Positions 1-12,260 of a stretch of 52,138 nt of DNA are shown here, piece after piece. The notes under the pieces were generated by a model. The model ran no database searches. It saw nothing but the letters and a program-made list of their open reading frames with translations, and was not told the DNA's origin. The DNA is taken from the NCBI GenBank assembly GCA_001938485.1, contig MQRK01251997.1, forward strand, positions 1-52,138. The letters are read 5' to 3'. Numbering within the stretch: position 1 is the stretch's first letter; every line of letters starts with the position of its first letter. The translations under genes and the position numbers were made by a program. Source of the stretch: Girardia tigrina (taxonomy: Eukaryota).

Positions 1-111
1 TGAAAAATTGATTGATGGAATCTAGTGAAAGCCTTACTGTTGATCATCATAAAGATGATAAAAATTGTGAATATAATAAATGTTCTGACAAATGTGTGAG
101 TTCTCTTAACA
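1..111 (+). mobile_element. 3' end of an LTR (family A); the start lies outside the window
   Basis: Matches the end of the 45645-46106 LTR and stops at the same ...GAGTTCTCTTAACA terminus. No PBS follows. Confidence 0.85.
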
Positions 112-714
112 ATAATATATTAAATTTAAAGTATAATCTTGATCCATTGCAAGTTCATCAATAATTAAAAAAGGTTTCGAGTTTGACAATGTTCGTGAAA
201 ATGATCGAAATCCTCTTGAATATTGAACTAGAACTTTTTCGAGTTTATTCAGTCTGCTGGTAACAATAATTTTTGACCAAGAAGGTTCTATTGAAAGCAA
301 AGTATAAACATCTTTTGTCCAAGTTTGCATGAACATTATAAATTGAGGTTCTAGACCCAAAACTTTTGTATCTTCCCAATATTTGATTCTAAAATCATAC
401 TGTTGATTTGTCTTTAAATGTCGGATTATCACTGTTTTTTCTTTATTATTTAACATTATTTGTCCTAAATTCACACCTTTACTATAATGAAGTTGAAAGG
501 TTTCATTAGTCAAGCCTTGACATTGCCAAATTAATACATTGTAAGATGAATAGACTCGTAATTGATTTAAGAAAAGCAACTCAAATTTTGCTGGGAAATA
601 ATTGATATCCAAAGCTTGAAATAAAGGTAAAGAGAACCAACAAATCCAAGGGATAAGTGATAAATAATTAGTGTTTAGTTTTCCTTGATAAATTAATTTT
701 TTGTTTAAATTCAT
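112..714 (-). CDS. Retroelement ORF3 candidate: signal peptide plus two FN3-like domains, truncated by the LTR-A junction
   Basis: Part of ORF 106..792; ATG at 714 overlaps the end of the integrase. Hydrophobic leader YLSLIPWICWFSLPLFQA. Two repeats carry FN3 hallmarks (VLIW...FQLHY...IIRHLKTNQQYDFRI; VLVQY...IIDELAMDQDYTLNL). The stop codon is supplied by LTR sequence. Confidence 0.65.
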
Positions 715-884
715 TGTTTTGTTTCTTATTTTTGGATCGCAAATTATAACGGGACTCTTCAACTTTTTGAACCCTTTTACATCGATTAGCATGTATCACA
801 ATTATTTCAGCATTTTTATAATTAACAGCCTGCAATCTTACGTTTGTTGCTGTTATTCCACAAACACGATAAGGACCTTTATGT
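668..884 (-). mobile_element. Ty3/Gypsy integrase C-terminus (GPY/F module)
   Basis: KGPYRV...VIHANRCKR...RYNLRSK in ORF 668..940. Confidence 0.8.
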
Positions 885-1426
885 GGGCCTCCCATCTCTT
901 TCGAATGGTATTGAGCCTCTAGGCTCTTTAGAGGGTCCACCCAAACTAAAGAATCACTAGCAGCCCCCCTATAGGCCTCCTACGGGGTCGGATAGTTTCG
1001 GTCTCCGAGATCTTTTCGGCTTCCCTGTGAGAAACGACCACCCATGGGTTGTACAGCAATGGTTCTGCATACCTTTGGCTGTATTCGTGGACTTCGTACA
1101 GCCGCGAAAGGGACATCTGAACTCTCCCCTTACAGTTAGATCTGCAATCCTAAAAGTCAGATGTGTTTCTTCAGTACCTATCGCTTCTTCCACCGCCGTC
1201 GAGATAGTCGGGGGGTCCGTCAAGGATTGAATCTGGTTGCCTGAAATGTTGAGGTTTTCTACGATTCTTTCTTCTGTGGTTGTACTGATTTGCGCTGGTG
1301 TCATTGTGTCGGTTCTCCAATTTCTTCTGTCTCCTCCAATTTATGATCCCGGTAGAGGTGCCTGGTCAGCCACCCCTTCGTTTTGTATGACTAAGGACCT
1401 TTATAAGGTTTTTGTAACTTTGGAGA
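885..1426 (-). mobile_element. N-terminal C2H2 zinc-finger fragment, probably from an RLE-clade (NeSL/R2-like) non-LTR retrotransposon
   Basis: FRCPFRGC-x12-HCCTTH in ORF 969..1304. Homologous to 37005-37290, which sits next to an RLE CCHC/endonuclease segment. Confidence 0.6.
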
Positions 1427-1890
1427 TGTGAGGAATATTTTGTGTGTGGATGTTTTTGTGTAGTTTTTGCATGTTCAAATGTTGTATGTTGATTTGGGAT
1501 TGTGCCTCTCCTAACCAGATGGATTATCAATATTTAATTTTTTTATAATCTGAAACTAATTTATTTAAGTTTAGATTTAATATTCAAATTTTTATTTTTT
1601 ATTATTGCAGCTTTTAAATAATTTTAATGATTTTATTTTTGTAAATTTTTAAATAATTAAAATCAAATTAATGTTTAAAAATGACTATAAAAATATTTTA
1701 TTTCAGCCAATCAAATTTAAATTAAATATTTTTAAATAAAATATTTATTTAAAATAATCTTATCAAGTATAGTTCAGATTATAATGGGAGATATTGAAAA
1801 TTGATTGATGGATCTAAGTGAAAGCATTACTGTTGATCATCATAAAGATGATAAAAATTGTTAACGTAATAAATGTTCTGCCAAATTTGT
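1427..1890 (+). mobile_element. LTR family A copy, missing its last ~15 nt
   Basis: Begins TGTGAGGAATATTT and is nearly identical to the reverse complement of 45645-46106. Confidence 0.9.
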
Positions 1891-2778
1891 TTAAATAAAC
1901 TAAGTCTCCAATTTTTAAATCATGATCTTTAGGTTTTTTATCGTAAGCTTCTTTATATTCTTCTTGATTGTATTTGATTTCTAATCCGGCTTTTTGCCAA
2001 GCTAATTGCATCCTTTCTTGCATTAGAGTTTTATAATCGGGAACTTCCGTAAGATGAGATTTTGGTTGTTCATAATTTAAATCAATTGGCATATTATTGT
2101 GACGAAGGTGCATGAGGTAAAATGATGTTAATGAGAGAAATGTTTGAAATGATTTTGTTATTTTCTCTCATTATTATGCATACTTCTACATGCAAATTTG
2201 GAATATTGTGCTGTTGATGAAATTCTATTTGGAATCAATTTAAATGTTTTGTTCTGATTTTAAAGAAGAATTTTAATCAACAGACAACAATTTATCAATA
2301 TGCACGATTCTGGAATGTATTGGAAATGTTTTTATACATTGATTGCATGAGGTAAAATGATGTTTCACCTGTTGCAGGATGAACGTCATTATTGTAAGCA
2401 TATACACAGGAAGATAAATGAACGTCCCAATCAGTTTGACCACTGTTGACATAAGAAGAAATCATATTTAATAAAGTACCGTTAAATCTTTCTACGAGAC
2501 CTTCCGTTTGAGGATGATAAGGACTGGTATTTAATTTAGTTATTACGAACATTTCGGTAACACTCTTGAAAAAGTCGCTCCTAAAATTCGAGCCTTGATC
2601 CGTTAGTAATTTCATCGGAGTTCCATAACGAAAAATTATTTCTTCCACAAAAACTTGAGCTACTGTTTCTGTTTTTTTATTAGGCATTGGGTTTGCAACA
2701 GCCCATTTCGTTAAATAATCGCAAAAGACTAAAATAAATTTATTTCCTTTGACTGTTACGGGTAATGGACCGACAATT
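1891..2778 (-). mobile_element. Ty3/Gypsy integrase core (rve), split by a ~214-bp insertion
   Basis: IVGPLP...CDYLTKW...LLTDQGSNF...SPYHPQTEGLVERFN. Reads through to ...KIGDLVYL once the insert and one copy of the 21-bp duplication are removed. Confidence 0.92.
2126..2343. mobile_element. Short insertion (possibly a small solo LTR, TGTTAA...TTATACA at 2126-2338) with a long target duplication
   Basis: Exact repeat TGCATGAGGTAAAATGATGTT at 2109-2129 and 2344-2364. Confidence 0.75.
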
Positions 2779-3330
2779 TCTTGGCGAAATGACAAGAAGC
2801 AAGATCTGGCCAGAAGATGAAGTGACCAGCTGGGTATTTCTCATTCAGATAAGGAGGCAAACGCTTCGTTAAGCACTCGGAGATATAAATATCCGAATTA
2901 GAAGCTACAGATTTCCATTTCCTGATGTACAGGTTTGAAAGGCCTCGTCTGGAAACAGTTGCCAAAACCAAAACTTTTACTGTGAATTTCTCTCGAAATT
3001 TAAGGCGAATATTATCAGGTACATCACCGAACGTCTTTTGGTCCACATAATAACCCGATGTCATTGCTCCGGTGAGTGTAAAATACGACTCATCATCAAG
3101 TACAAAGTCGGTTTTGGTCTTTTCCACAACAATCTTAGAGAGATTTTTCAACCTGGCTTTCTGGCGAATAATCTGTGTCGGAGTAACCTTTGGGGCTTCT
3201 TTCCTCTGTCGAAACACTATGTTAGTAGTCTTGAGCATATTATGCACGTAAGACTATGAAACATTCATTTCTCTACCTAACTTTCTCACACTTTGTCCAA
3301 CTGTATGATCCAACTTTGTATGATCTGTAA
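2779..3330 (-). mobile_element. Tc1/mariner-superfamily transposase fragment, ITmD37E-like
   Basis: FVLDDESYF ... IYISECLTKRL ... FWPDLASCH in ORF 2756..3247. No TIR at the junction. Confidence 0.85.
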
Positions 3331-3437
3331 GTTGACGTTACTTGCGATGGAGTTTTTTGTGAATGTAGGGGAGTATATGTTGTTAGTGAGTGTTTTTGGA
3401 AGGGAGATATTTTGTGTGTTCTATAGATACGTTAATT

Positions 3438-4470
3438 TTAAGGTGTGGTAACTTGCATCGGTGTCTTGTCGTTTGACTCGCCATCATCGATGAAAAAGGT
3501 TGGTTTGACGTGTGATAGGTGTACGACCGTTACGTTGCCTTCTTTGGCGTTGTGTGAAAACAATTTCAAGATTTTGAACGGCCGTATGTATGATAAGACT
3601 GACTGGACTAAAATAAAGATATGAAATAAAGATATTTTGTGTCGTACACTGATTGGGCAAGTATTGTTTAAAATTATTGAAACCTTGCAATAAGAGTCAT
3701 TGTCTATTATTTCAAAGTGGCGTCCGGCTTTTTGAATGTCGGAGTCAATGAAGCGTTGTTCTGTTCTGTGAGTTCCAAAATGAATCGAATAGAATGGGTT
3801 GGTGATGCGTTGGTGGCTTAGCATGATATGTTGCGCCAACCCATAAGAGACGCAAGGTCGAGCCATCCCTGAGTTTTTTCTGCGAGAATTCGTAACGAGG
3901 TCTTTAAGGTGCGGTGGAAACAGTCAATGGTACTGTTAGCTTGAGGGTGATATGTTGAAGTTGAAAAGTGGGTGGTTCAAAGGTGTTCCACAATATCGTT
4001 AAAAAAACCGGTCTCGAACTGTCTGTCTTGATCTGAGATGAGGTGTTTTGGAGCACCGAAGCAGCAGACCAAAGAGATTAGAAATGTTTTGGTAATTGTC
4101 TCCATGTCAATGTTTCAGAGAGGGACTGCTTCAGACATTTTGGTCGCTCTGTCGATCATTGTCAGAAGGTATTGATAACCGTGGTCTGGTGGTAGTAGTC
4201 CAACGATGCCAATGTTGACCATATCGAACCGGATGAGTTGGGAAAATGGTATATTGGAGGTTTCGGTTTACGATTGGTTTTGTATTTCTGGTATGAGGTG
4301 CATGGAGTGACCCACAATCTGGGTGATGGAGGTTGTTGATGAACTAAAAAACTTGCTTGAGTATCGCATCGCGTAATATGGGTCTTGGTGATCCTGGTAC
4401 CAAGTAATCGAGGTAGATGCCCTCGGCTATGGATCTCTGTGGAAACTTTGTCTGGATTTCGACTTAGAGA
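3438..4470 (-). mobile_element. Decayed Ty3/Gypsy integrase
   Basis: Frameshifted IVGLLPPDHGYQYLLTMIDR...; C-terminal VVHLSHVKPTFFIDD. Same family as 16330-17060. Confidence 0.85.
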
Positions 4471-4649
4471 GTTTAGGTATATATTTCAACAAGTTTAAAT
4501 TTAGAAGTTTTGATAAATATTTTTATTAAAAAAATATATTTTAAAATTTTAAACACAAATAACACCATTTTAATTTTAAATTTTTATTCTAAAACATGTT
4601 TTTAAAAAAAAAAAGAAAAGTTGGACAGAAATATATGTATATTTTAAGT

Positions 4650-4900
4650 GGCTCTTCAGCTGACTCTCAAAGTTATTTTTTGTTTTGATAGTTTGAGGTT
4701 TCCTTTTTTCACAGTTTTTACAGCTCTGTAGTATACTTTTATAATTTATTTCATAGATTCCATATCAAAGTCAACCTGTGTGACGTAAGATTTGATGAAA
4801 TTCATTCAGAAATTTTATTCTCTGGTCTTTATGTATCCAAGGTTTGTTATCTTCGATCTTGCTGCAGGTGTGTTTTCAACATATAAGAGTTTCATCTATA
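4650..4900 (-). mobile_element. Remnant integrase HHCC zinc-binding region
   Basis: Reads RIKFLNEFHQILRHTG ... SILQSCKNCEKRK across stops and frameshifts. Confidence 0.45.
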
Positions 4901-5019
4901 AATAAAGCAATGAAATACCCCTTGAGTCCAAATTGTTTTTAATATACTTTCCCATGATTTTATAACCCTCAATAATCTTATAACCTTTTAATGATGCTAT
5001 GAGATGCATTTAAATTTTC

Positions 5020-5280
5020 TGTTAAAAGAACTCACACAATGATTAGAATTTTAATATATACACCATTTGGATTATCCTTGGAACAATCCACAGTTGAGCC
5101 CGCAATCGTTGAAAAATACCCTTTAAATATTCACCACGAATTTCATTGGTTAAATTAAAATAAATATTAATTATTTAAAAATAATAATTTGATTTAAAAA
5201 TTTAAAATTAAAGCTTAAAAACTTAGTCTCAAATAATAAGAATTAAAATATTATTAAACCATCTGGGTAGAAGATAAATT
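5020..5280 (-). mobile_element. Partial, diverged LTR family A copy
   Basis: TGTGTGAGTTCTTTTAACA terminus and CCCAGATGG motif are shared with the other copies. Confidence 0.65.
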
Positions 5281-6246
5281 ATCGGTCATAGTATATTTAG
5301 TATATTATGTCTGATGTGGATATTAAAACTAGAATTAGCTTACAGAAGACTGAGGAATATTTGTTCGAATAGTGTTTATTTGGAATTAACTTCAACTTCT
5401 GTTAAATTTTATTAAAATTTTATATCGTAACATACCTTACATCAAAAACTCACAAGTGAATTGTTACGTTGACAAAAAAATCTTCAATTTTTTTTCCACA
5501 ATTATCCGAAAATAAAATGAAGTCTTTCATATCTTTCAAATTATTTTCTTGGACAGAATAATAATAATTTTCTATTCTCTAATAAAGTTATCAAGAATAG
5601 AATAAGAATGCATAAAATGAATATTATTGTCATGTGTTTTCAAATTTAAGTTTGATTTTTAAACAATTCCATTCAGCTTCTGTAATTAAATTATTACACT
5701 GTAAATTAAATTATGTAAATTGAAATCTTACTACTTTGTATTTAAAATTTTGAAAAAAAACTACTTATTTGAAAACAATTACAGTTAATGTTTCTAATAC
5801 TTCTGTTTTGTTTTCAAATAACCCGATTTTGCGATCTATAAGTCATGAACACTAACTTATGAGACCTGACTAGTTAATTAAATGATTGTTGATTTTTATA
5901 ACTCACCCAAACAATTAAATCAGAGCTGTGAAAACTACTATTATTCTATGATTTAATAAAAAAACTTAGTTGCGCTACACTTCTGTTGTGATTTATTTTA
6001 GCCACAGCAGCGATTAGTTGCACACGCTATTCTTGTAAATCTAAAATGATATGCGTTATCAATTTTCACAGACATTATTAAGAGAAACTATTTATAGAAA
6101 CGCGCAATCGATTTTTTACTCCAAAAATGTTATTCTACACATCATATTATTACACTAAATGTATAATATTTGTCAAATAATTCATAAATAAAAAAGAAAT
6201 TAAACAGAGACAAAAATCGGTAGAAATTATATTTCAAAGAAAAAAA

Positions 6247-9200
6247 TCAATTGAGCTTTATTCCCATAAGACTGGCAACCCGGGACAGCTTACGATGAAG
6301 CACTGTGACCTCCCGGTCAAGTCCGAGGAAGAAGGGCATTTTTTCTTCATCCGATAATTGATAGTATTCTTTATACAGATCCTGAGACACAGCGACAGCC
6401 GACACAAAAACAATTAATTTAATTGACAACGATTGATAAATAATCGATAGAAAAAAAATTTTAATAATTATTTTGGCTGACATAAAAATTACATAATATT
6501 TATCATATTAAAAGAAAATATGACTTTATTTTTATAAAAAAATAACATTCATTTTCTTAACATAAAAAGAATAGTTTATTCTGTCGAGAAAAAAATCGAT
6601 CGTTGATCATTATCTCAAAACAAGATTTTTCTATTTGTTACCAAGAGCAATCCAATTATTTTAAAATTAGAATTGGTATTTAAATAAATTTAAGTAAGAA
6701 AATCAATGTTAATGATTGTTGAAAAGAAGTTCAGTATTAGATTTCTCTTTAAGATCTCGTTCCAGAATTCCTAAACTTTTTTAATATTGTTGGACACTCA
6801 TTTTCCATATAACATTTTGTGACATCTCGAGCAACAAATAAGAAAATATTAATTTCGAACAGGAATAAAATTTATGACATAAAAATTTTAGATTTTGTAA
6901 AATTTGTACACCTTTGGGCAGGACTTTAACAAGTGCAATTTAAGGGACAGCATTTTTACAAGTGTAATTTTAAGGGCAGAATCTTTACAAGTATAATTTA
7001 AAAGGAAATAAATAATTAAATTTTAATTATTTAATATAATTATTTATTTTAAATTATTTGAAATTTGACCAATTTCAGGTACTTTTTATGAACACACGGT
7101 AAGAAGCCTTTTAAATGTATGTTACCGAATTGATTTTATTCTTTAAATCAAGAGGTATATTACAATCAAGTGTTCTCATTTTCATCAATAAATGGTATGA
7201 ACTAAGAACTAATACTTAGGAGGAATAAGAACACCATACCGTTAATCATTAAGTTAACTTTGCGGAAACAGTTACAGATGTTTTTGGTTAAAATTATTTG
7301 TGTTGAGTGCAGAAGTTTTATAAGTGTGATTTTAGGGACAGGACTTAAAAAAGTGTAATTTAAGGGGCGGAAATTTTACAAGATCCAAAATTTTTTTATT
7401 GCAAAATTTTAATAATGGCCAGAAAATTATTTTATACTTACCAGGACATTTAAAACAATTAATTTTATTTTAGAAAAATATTATCAGTTAAACGTAACTC
7501 TGATGACGAGTTATACATTGAACAGAACACAAACGGATTTCATATGAAAAGACGATTGTAATTGCAATTTTGTGTAAAAACAATTAATATACCTTACGTC
7601 GCTGAAATTAATTACAGCTAAAACTTTTCATTTTCTACGTTTAGTATTGCATTTCTATCATTCGTAAAAATGTTTTTATTTTACTTTTTTAATAAATAAA
7701 CTTGCGAATATAGAAAAAATCACAAAAACATTTCAATATGTCTGGATAGTTTTAATTTGAAAAAAGTAACAAGAAAAAACATTTTGTTAGTAGTAACAAT
7801 TTCAAAAGATAAGAATAAAATAAATTTCAAACAATAACTAAATGTTTATATAATAACACAATTAAAACTAAATAATTAAGTGATATATTAGTCATTTTTT
7901 GTAAAAAAAATGTTTTGAGATTTTTCAATGTAATTTTTTTAATAAAACTTTAAATTTTTGATAATTTTTCGCAATAAATATATTTTTGGATTCCTTATAA
8001 ATTATAGCTTATCTTGCATTATTTTTGTAATGGGGAATTTTCAAAAAATATTGATTTTCAGGTATTGGTGTTTCTAACCTTTTCCTATAATTTTCAAACG
8101 AATTATAACAACTTTATTGATTTCTAGGGGTGAAAACAGCGCTCCGAAGACCGTGCTATACGAATTAGCAATCTGCATCAAACTAATCGGTCAGAAATTT
8201 TCTGGTCCGATCGATTAGTTTTGAATTTCCTTCTTATTCAAACAGTTTGACTATGCCATAATGATTCCTTTAACCGGTCGGTCATTTTGCCATCCGGATT
8301 GGATTGCTCAGACTTGTTCAATTTGTGAACTAAAAATATTGACTCTGAATCGATTATGATTTTTAATAATTTGATAAATTCAGAGTCGAAATCCAGAAAT
8401 CGGCACAATCCAATCCTTTTAAGTGGGACTTCGACCTCAAAAAATATGTATAATTCCATCTAGTGAAAATTTCAATGGACCACTGCAGAATTAATGGCGA
8501 TATATGAATTTTTTATATTTTAGTTTTTGTTTTAGCCACTTTTTTTAAAAATATTTTTGTTCTTTATCAAATTTAATTTTAAGATTAATCAGAAGATTAA
8601 AATATGGAATAGTAAAATAGTAATGATAATTAAAGTCATTTAAAATTGATTTGGTATTCCTATTTTGTAAATCAACCAATGATTTCAATACTATTAGATC
8701 AATAATGATTTCAAAAGATAAGAATTTGTTTTTTAGTATTTTAAAGTGATAAAAAAATCAACAAAGAATATTCATTGGTAATTTATTTTTTAATCATTTC
8801 TTAAAATAATTAAAATCGTTATTAATTGTAATTAAAAGTATTTTAAAAAAATTATAATTTCTAAGAAATTTTTAAGAAGAAATCAAATCTCACAGAAATC
8901 TCTCGTTCAGTTTTACTGGCTTCTGCGCGCGCTTTCAGTTCATCCCTCTTGTGTCGATACCTTTCATAGTATTCCATACATTCGACAAATCTCTCATACG
9001 ACCGATACGCCTCCTCAATGAATGCCTCACTGTCCACGTCCGTGAATCTGAGCTCTTCCACCGGATTCTCGTCTGGCTTAAACGAAATAGTGGTTGGATC
9101 GATAATCAAATATCGAAATGGAGAAGATGGCCGATTATCTTCTTTCTCTGGTTTCTTCTGACAATTATTTATATCAACGATCGATTCTTTTTTTATTGGC

Positions 9201-10201
9201 TTCGTGATATTTTTCACTACCGGTTTTTCTTTCGGTTCATTTAATCGATTATTGACTGCCTGATTATTAACCGATTGATTATTGCTCGATCGATTATTGA
9301 CTGACTGGTTATTGATTGTTTGGTTATTTATTGATTGATTATTGATTTTATTTGTGTTAATATTATTATTAGTTGTCGGTTTTTTAGGGATGGAATTTTG
9401 ATCAGATCGACGTACAGTATTTTGATGGTTGTTGGGCAACTGAAGGCAAATGTCAGGAAAATCAATTGCTATTTTCCGATCGGGCTCCCCGCTGAAAATC
9501 AATTTTCCGTTTTCTTGTCGAATATCGAAGTCCAAGTTGAAAACTGATTTTCGATTATTATGATCAATTATCGGCTTTATTGATTTTTGATTAGTGATTA
9601 TAGACTTTTGATCATTTATTGATTTTTGACTATTGGCCACTGATTTTTGATCAATTATTGTTTTTTTATCAGAAATAAATTTTTGATTATTAGTTATTGG
9701 TTTTTGATTAATTATTGATTTCTCTGAATTTTCTATTGGTTTTTTTTCGATTTTTACAGATTGATTGTCGGATTTGTTAATAGATTCGATAAATTGTCGT
9801 CGAATTTCAGCCTCATTTTGACGGAATTTTTCAATCATTTCTTCAGAAATGTTAAATTCGTTTGAAAGTTCTTTGATCGATTTTCCAGAATTCGATTTTA
9901 ATTTGTCCAAAATTGCAATTTTTTTAAGTGTAGGAAACGATTTTGTTACTTTTGGCCGTGTTGCAGATCGATACGATGATTCATCTGCATCGATTGGTGA
10001 TTCCTTTTTATCAATCGTTGATACGATCTTTGGTTTTTTCTTTTCTGGTTGATAATTATCAATGATTTGATTTACCGGACGCTTTTTTGATTGGTTCGCA
10101 CTCCTTTCAATATCATCGAAGATATTGACCGAATTCGATTTATTCTGATTTTTATTGCGATAATTCTCTTTCACAATGATTACTTGATCGACTCGACCCA
10201 T
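6247..10201 (-). CDS. Two-exon gene (10201-8894, 6381-6247; ~480 aa): CENP-B/psq-type HTH, low-complexity repeats, HMG-box-like C-terminus
   Basis: Intact 436-codon exon 1 ends TCT|GTGAGA; phase-0 acceptor TCTCAG|GAT at 6381. HTH: TLKKIAILDKLKSNSGKSIKELSNEFNISEEMIEKFRQNEAEI. The splice joins REIS|DLYKEYYQLSDEEKMPF. Confidence 0.8.
6890..7386. mobile_element. MITE with ~29-bp subterminal tandem repeats (Mutator/foldback-like), intronic
   Basis: Termini AGATTTTGTAAAATT / AATTTTACAAGATCC; AAAATTTT on both flanks; GGGCAG..TTTACAAGTGTAATTT repeats near both ends. Confidence 0.7.
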
Positions 10202-11779
10202 TTTCGCTAACTGCCTATCACTTTTTCGTATTTAATACAAATATTCTACTCCAAAATCGACTTACTTTCGGTTTACATAAATTATGTTGTCGATAGAATT
10301 TGTATTGTCGAGTAAATGACTATTATTTTTGTTATTTACATTTATATTAAAAATAGTTTCATTTTCATTGAACATTTTTATAATCTAAAAAAACGGGATT
10401 TGAATATTTAATAAATAATCGATTTATTTATGAAATTCTTCAGTATTCAGGATCCAACAAAAAAATTTCGAATTTGTTTTTTTTTATAATCATAAAGAAT
10501 ACTTTTCGATCAAAGATGATCTGACAATGAAATATAACAATATTACTGGAAAAAATTTCAATTATAAAAAGATTATGTTTTAAATAATGCATTCAATTGA
10601 AAAATTATTGAGATTGAAGTGTTTAATAAAATCAGTTGACCTGAAAATTAATATTCAAGACTAAAATTTGCTAAATATCCTAAAATATGAATTTTTCGAC
10701 ATTATTTAGCCGAAAAGCTAATGTTACTTTTCTAGCTGCTTTCGGTGAGGACTCGTACGAAAAATGAGACAAAATTGTGTATCATACAAACGATACACAT
10801 ACATTAAAACTGAAGCATAAACTCAACTTCATACAATTTTACATTATCTAAATTTTTAATTTCAATCAACTATTCGAACGCACAATTGATAGCGATAAAC
10901 ATATCTCAGTTGTGAAAGATGTGCATCGCTGAGTTGATTAGATTGGAACCATGTTGTGGTACGGACAGGAACTGAAACGGTTTTGAATGTTGATCTTGTT
11001 GAAAAAACGAATGAAGATAATCAAGTATTAGACCGTAACGTATTACACGAAAAAAATCTGTCAGTCGAGTCCCGATTAATCGATTTTATATGACTCCGAT
11101 CATGTGTCGCGGGTTACTGTCGTATCCCAAGCATATTCAAAAAGTACAAAATCGATGAATATTTTACAAAATTATTAAATATCATTGACACATCAACTGA
11201 ATATTTTATTGTCATCAAGAATAAGATTTGAGACAAAAATTGTAGATCACTAGGACATCGGTAAATAGTAGAAAAATCGATAGCAAAATTTGAAAAAAAG
11301 TTTTTTGAATAATATATTGAATAATATATAGTATAATACCTTTAAATTAATTAAAATAAATAATTTTAATATATTTTTAAAATACTTTTAATATATTATC
11401 AAATCATAATTTTGACTATTATTGTTTGGTACAAACTCTTATTGAGTCTTGTGAACGCTAATTTGATATTTTGAAAAATAATTTTAAAGCTCTTTATAGA
11501 AAATTGATTATTGTATATGTTTCATAATTTCATTTTACAATTATAATTTATGTAAATTAATTGGGATCAATTCCGTAAATATTTTATTTTTTTAAGATTT
11601 TGGTAAATTTTAAACATTATATAATCTTACACATTACATTATAAATGTGGATGGAAAATGAAATTTCGAAAAATGCGAAGTAATAAATTTATTAAAACAG
11701 TTTTAATAAATTAAAAATCAAAATAAATATTGGATCTTTTAAAAGAATTTTGTATAATATTCAATTTTAATATTATAGC

Positions 11780-12260
11780 CTTTTTTATTAAAAAATTCTA
11801 ATAAAAGAATTATGAAAAAAATGTTTAAAATTAATAAATATATATATATATATAGAATACAAATAAAACGATGCGTCTCAAGATCACCAGGTTAATCCAC
11901 AATTTGTATTCAACTAATACAAAAAATAGAAAACATTTTACCAATAAATAAAATAGTATAAAAATGAATTTATTTCATAATTCTTAAAATTGAGGCAAAA
12001 ATACATTAAAGACGATCAATTCAATTCTCGAAAACTAACCATTGACAGCTATCAATTGTTGTTTTAGAAAACAATATTTAGGTTCAATACATGATAGTGA
12101 CATTTTTATCTCGAAATACATCGTCTTATTTTTATATTTTTTACGTAGATTTTACTTTTCGATTTACGTATTTAACATATATATTTTGAAATACAAAATA
12201 TATACGAAACATATATTCTAATTGAAGCAGTTGAATAAACTACTTTAAATGTTTTTTAAA
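11780..12260. repeat. Copy 1 of a ~480-bp repeat with inverted, decayed hammerhead arms
   Basis: Colinear with 12560-13030. Confidence 0.8.

Noticed and set aside
112-1426. TRIM/LARD internal region between two direct LTR-A copies
   Set aside because: There is no PBS after the first LTR and no clear PPT, and the integrase appears to continue on the far side of the second LTR.
1427-1890. Ginger-type DNA transposon terminus (TGT...)
   Set aside because: The unit has TG...CA ends and 5-bp TSDs, and one copy is followed by a PBS and gag, so it is an LTR.
6910-7386. CRISPR-like ~29-bp repeats
   Set aside because: The repeats abut one another with no unique spacers, the context is eukaryotic, and they sit inside a TIR/TSD-bounded MITE.
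7490-7545. CTGATGA hammerhead or snoRNA-like motif
   Set aside because: No properly placed GAAA box or closing stems.
8951-10052. Plus-strand ORFs inside the HTH gene, and similar antisense ORFs over TEs and CDK1 exons
   Set aside because: They are shadow frames of the real coding strand.
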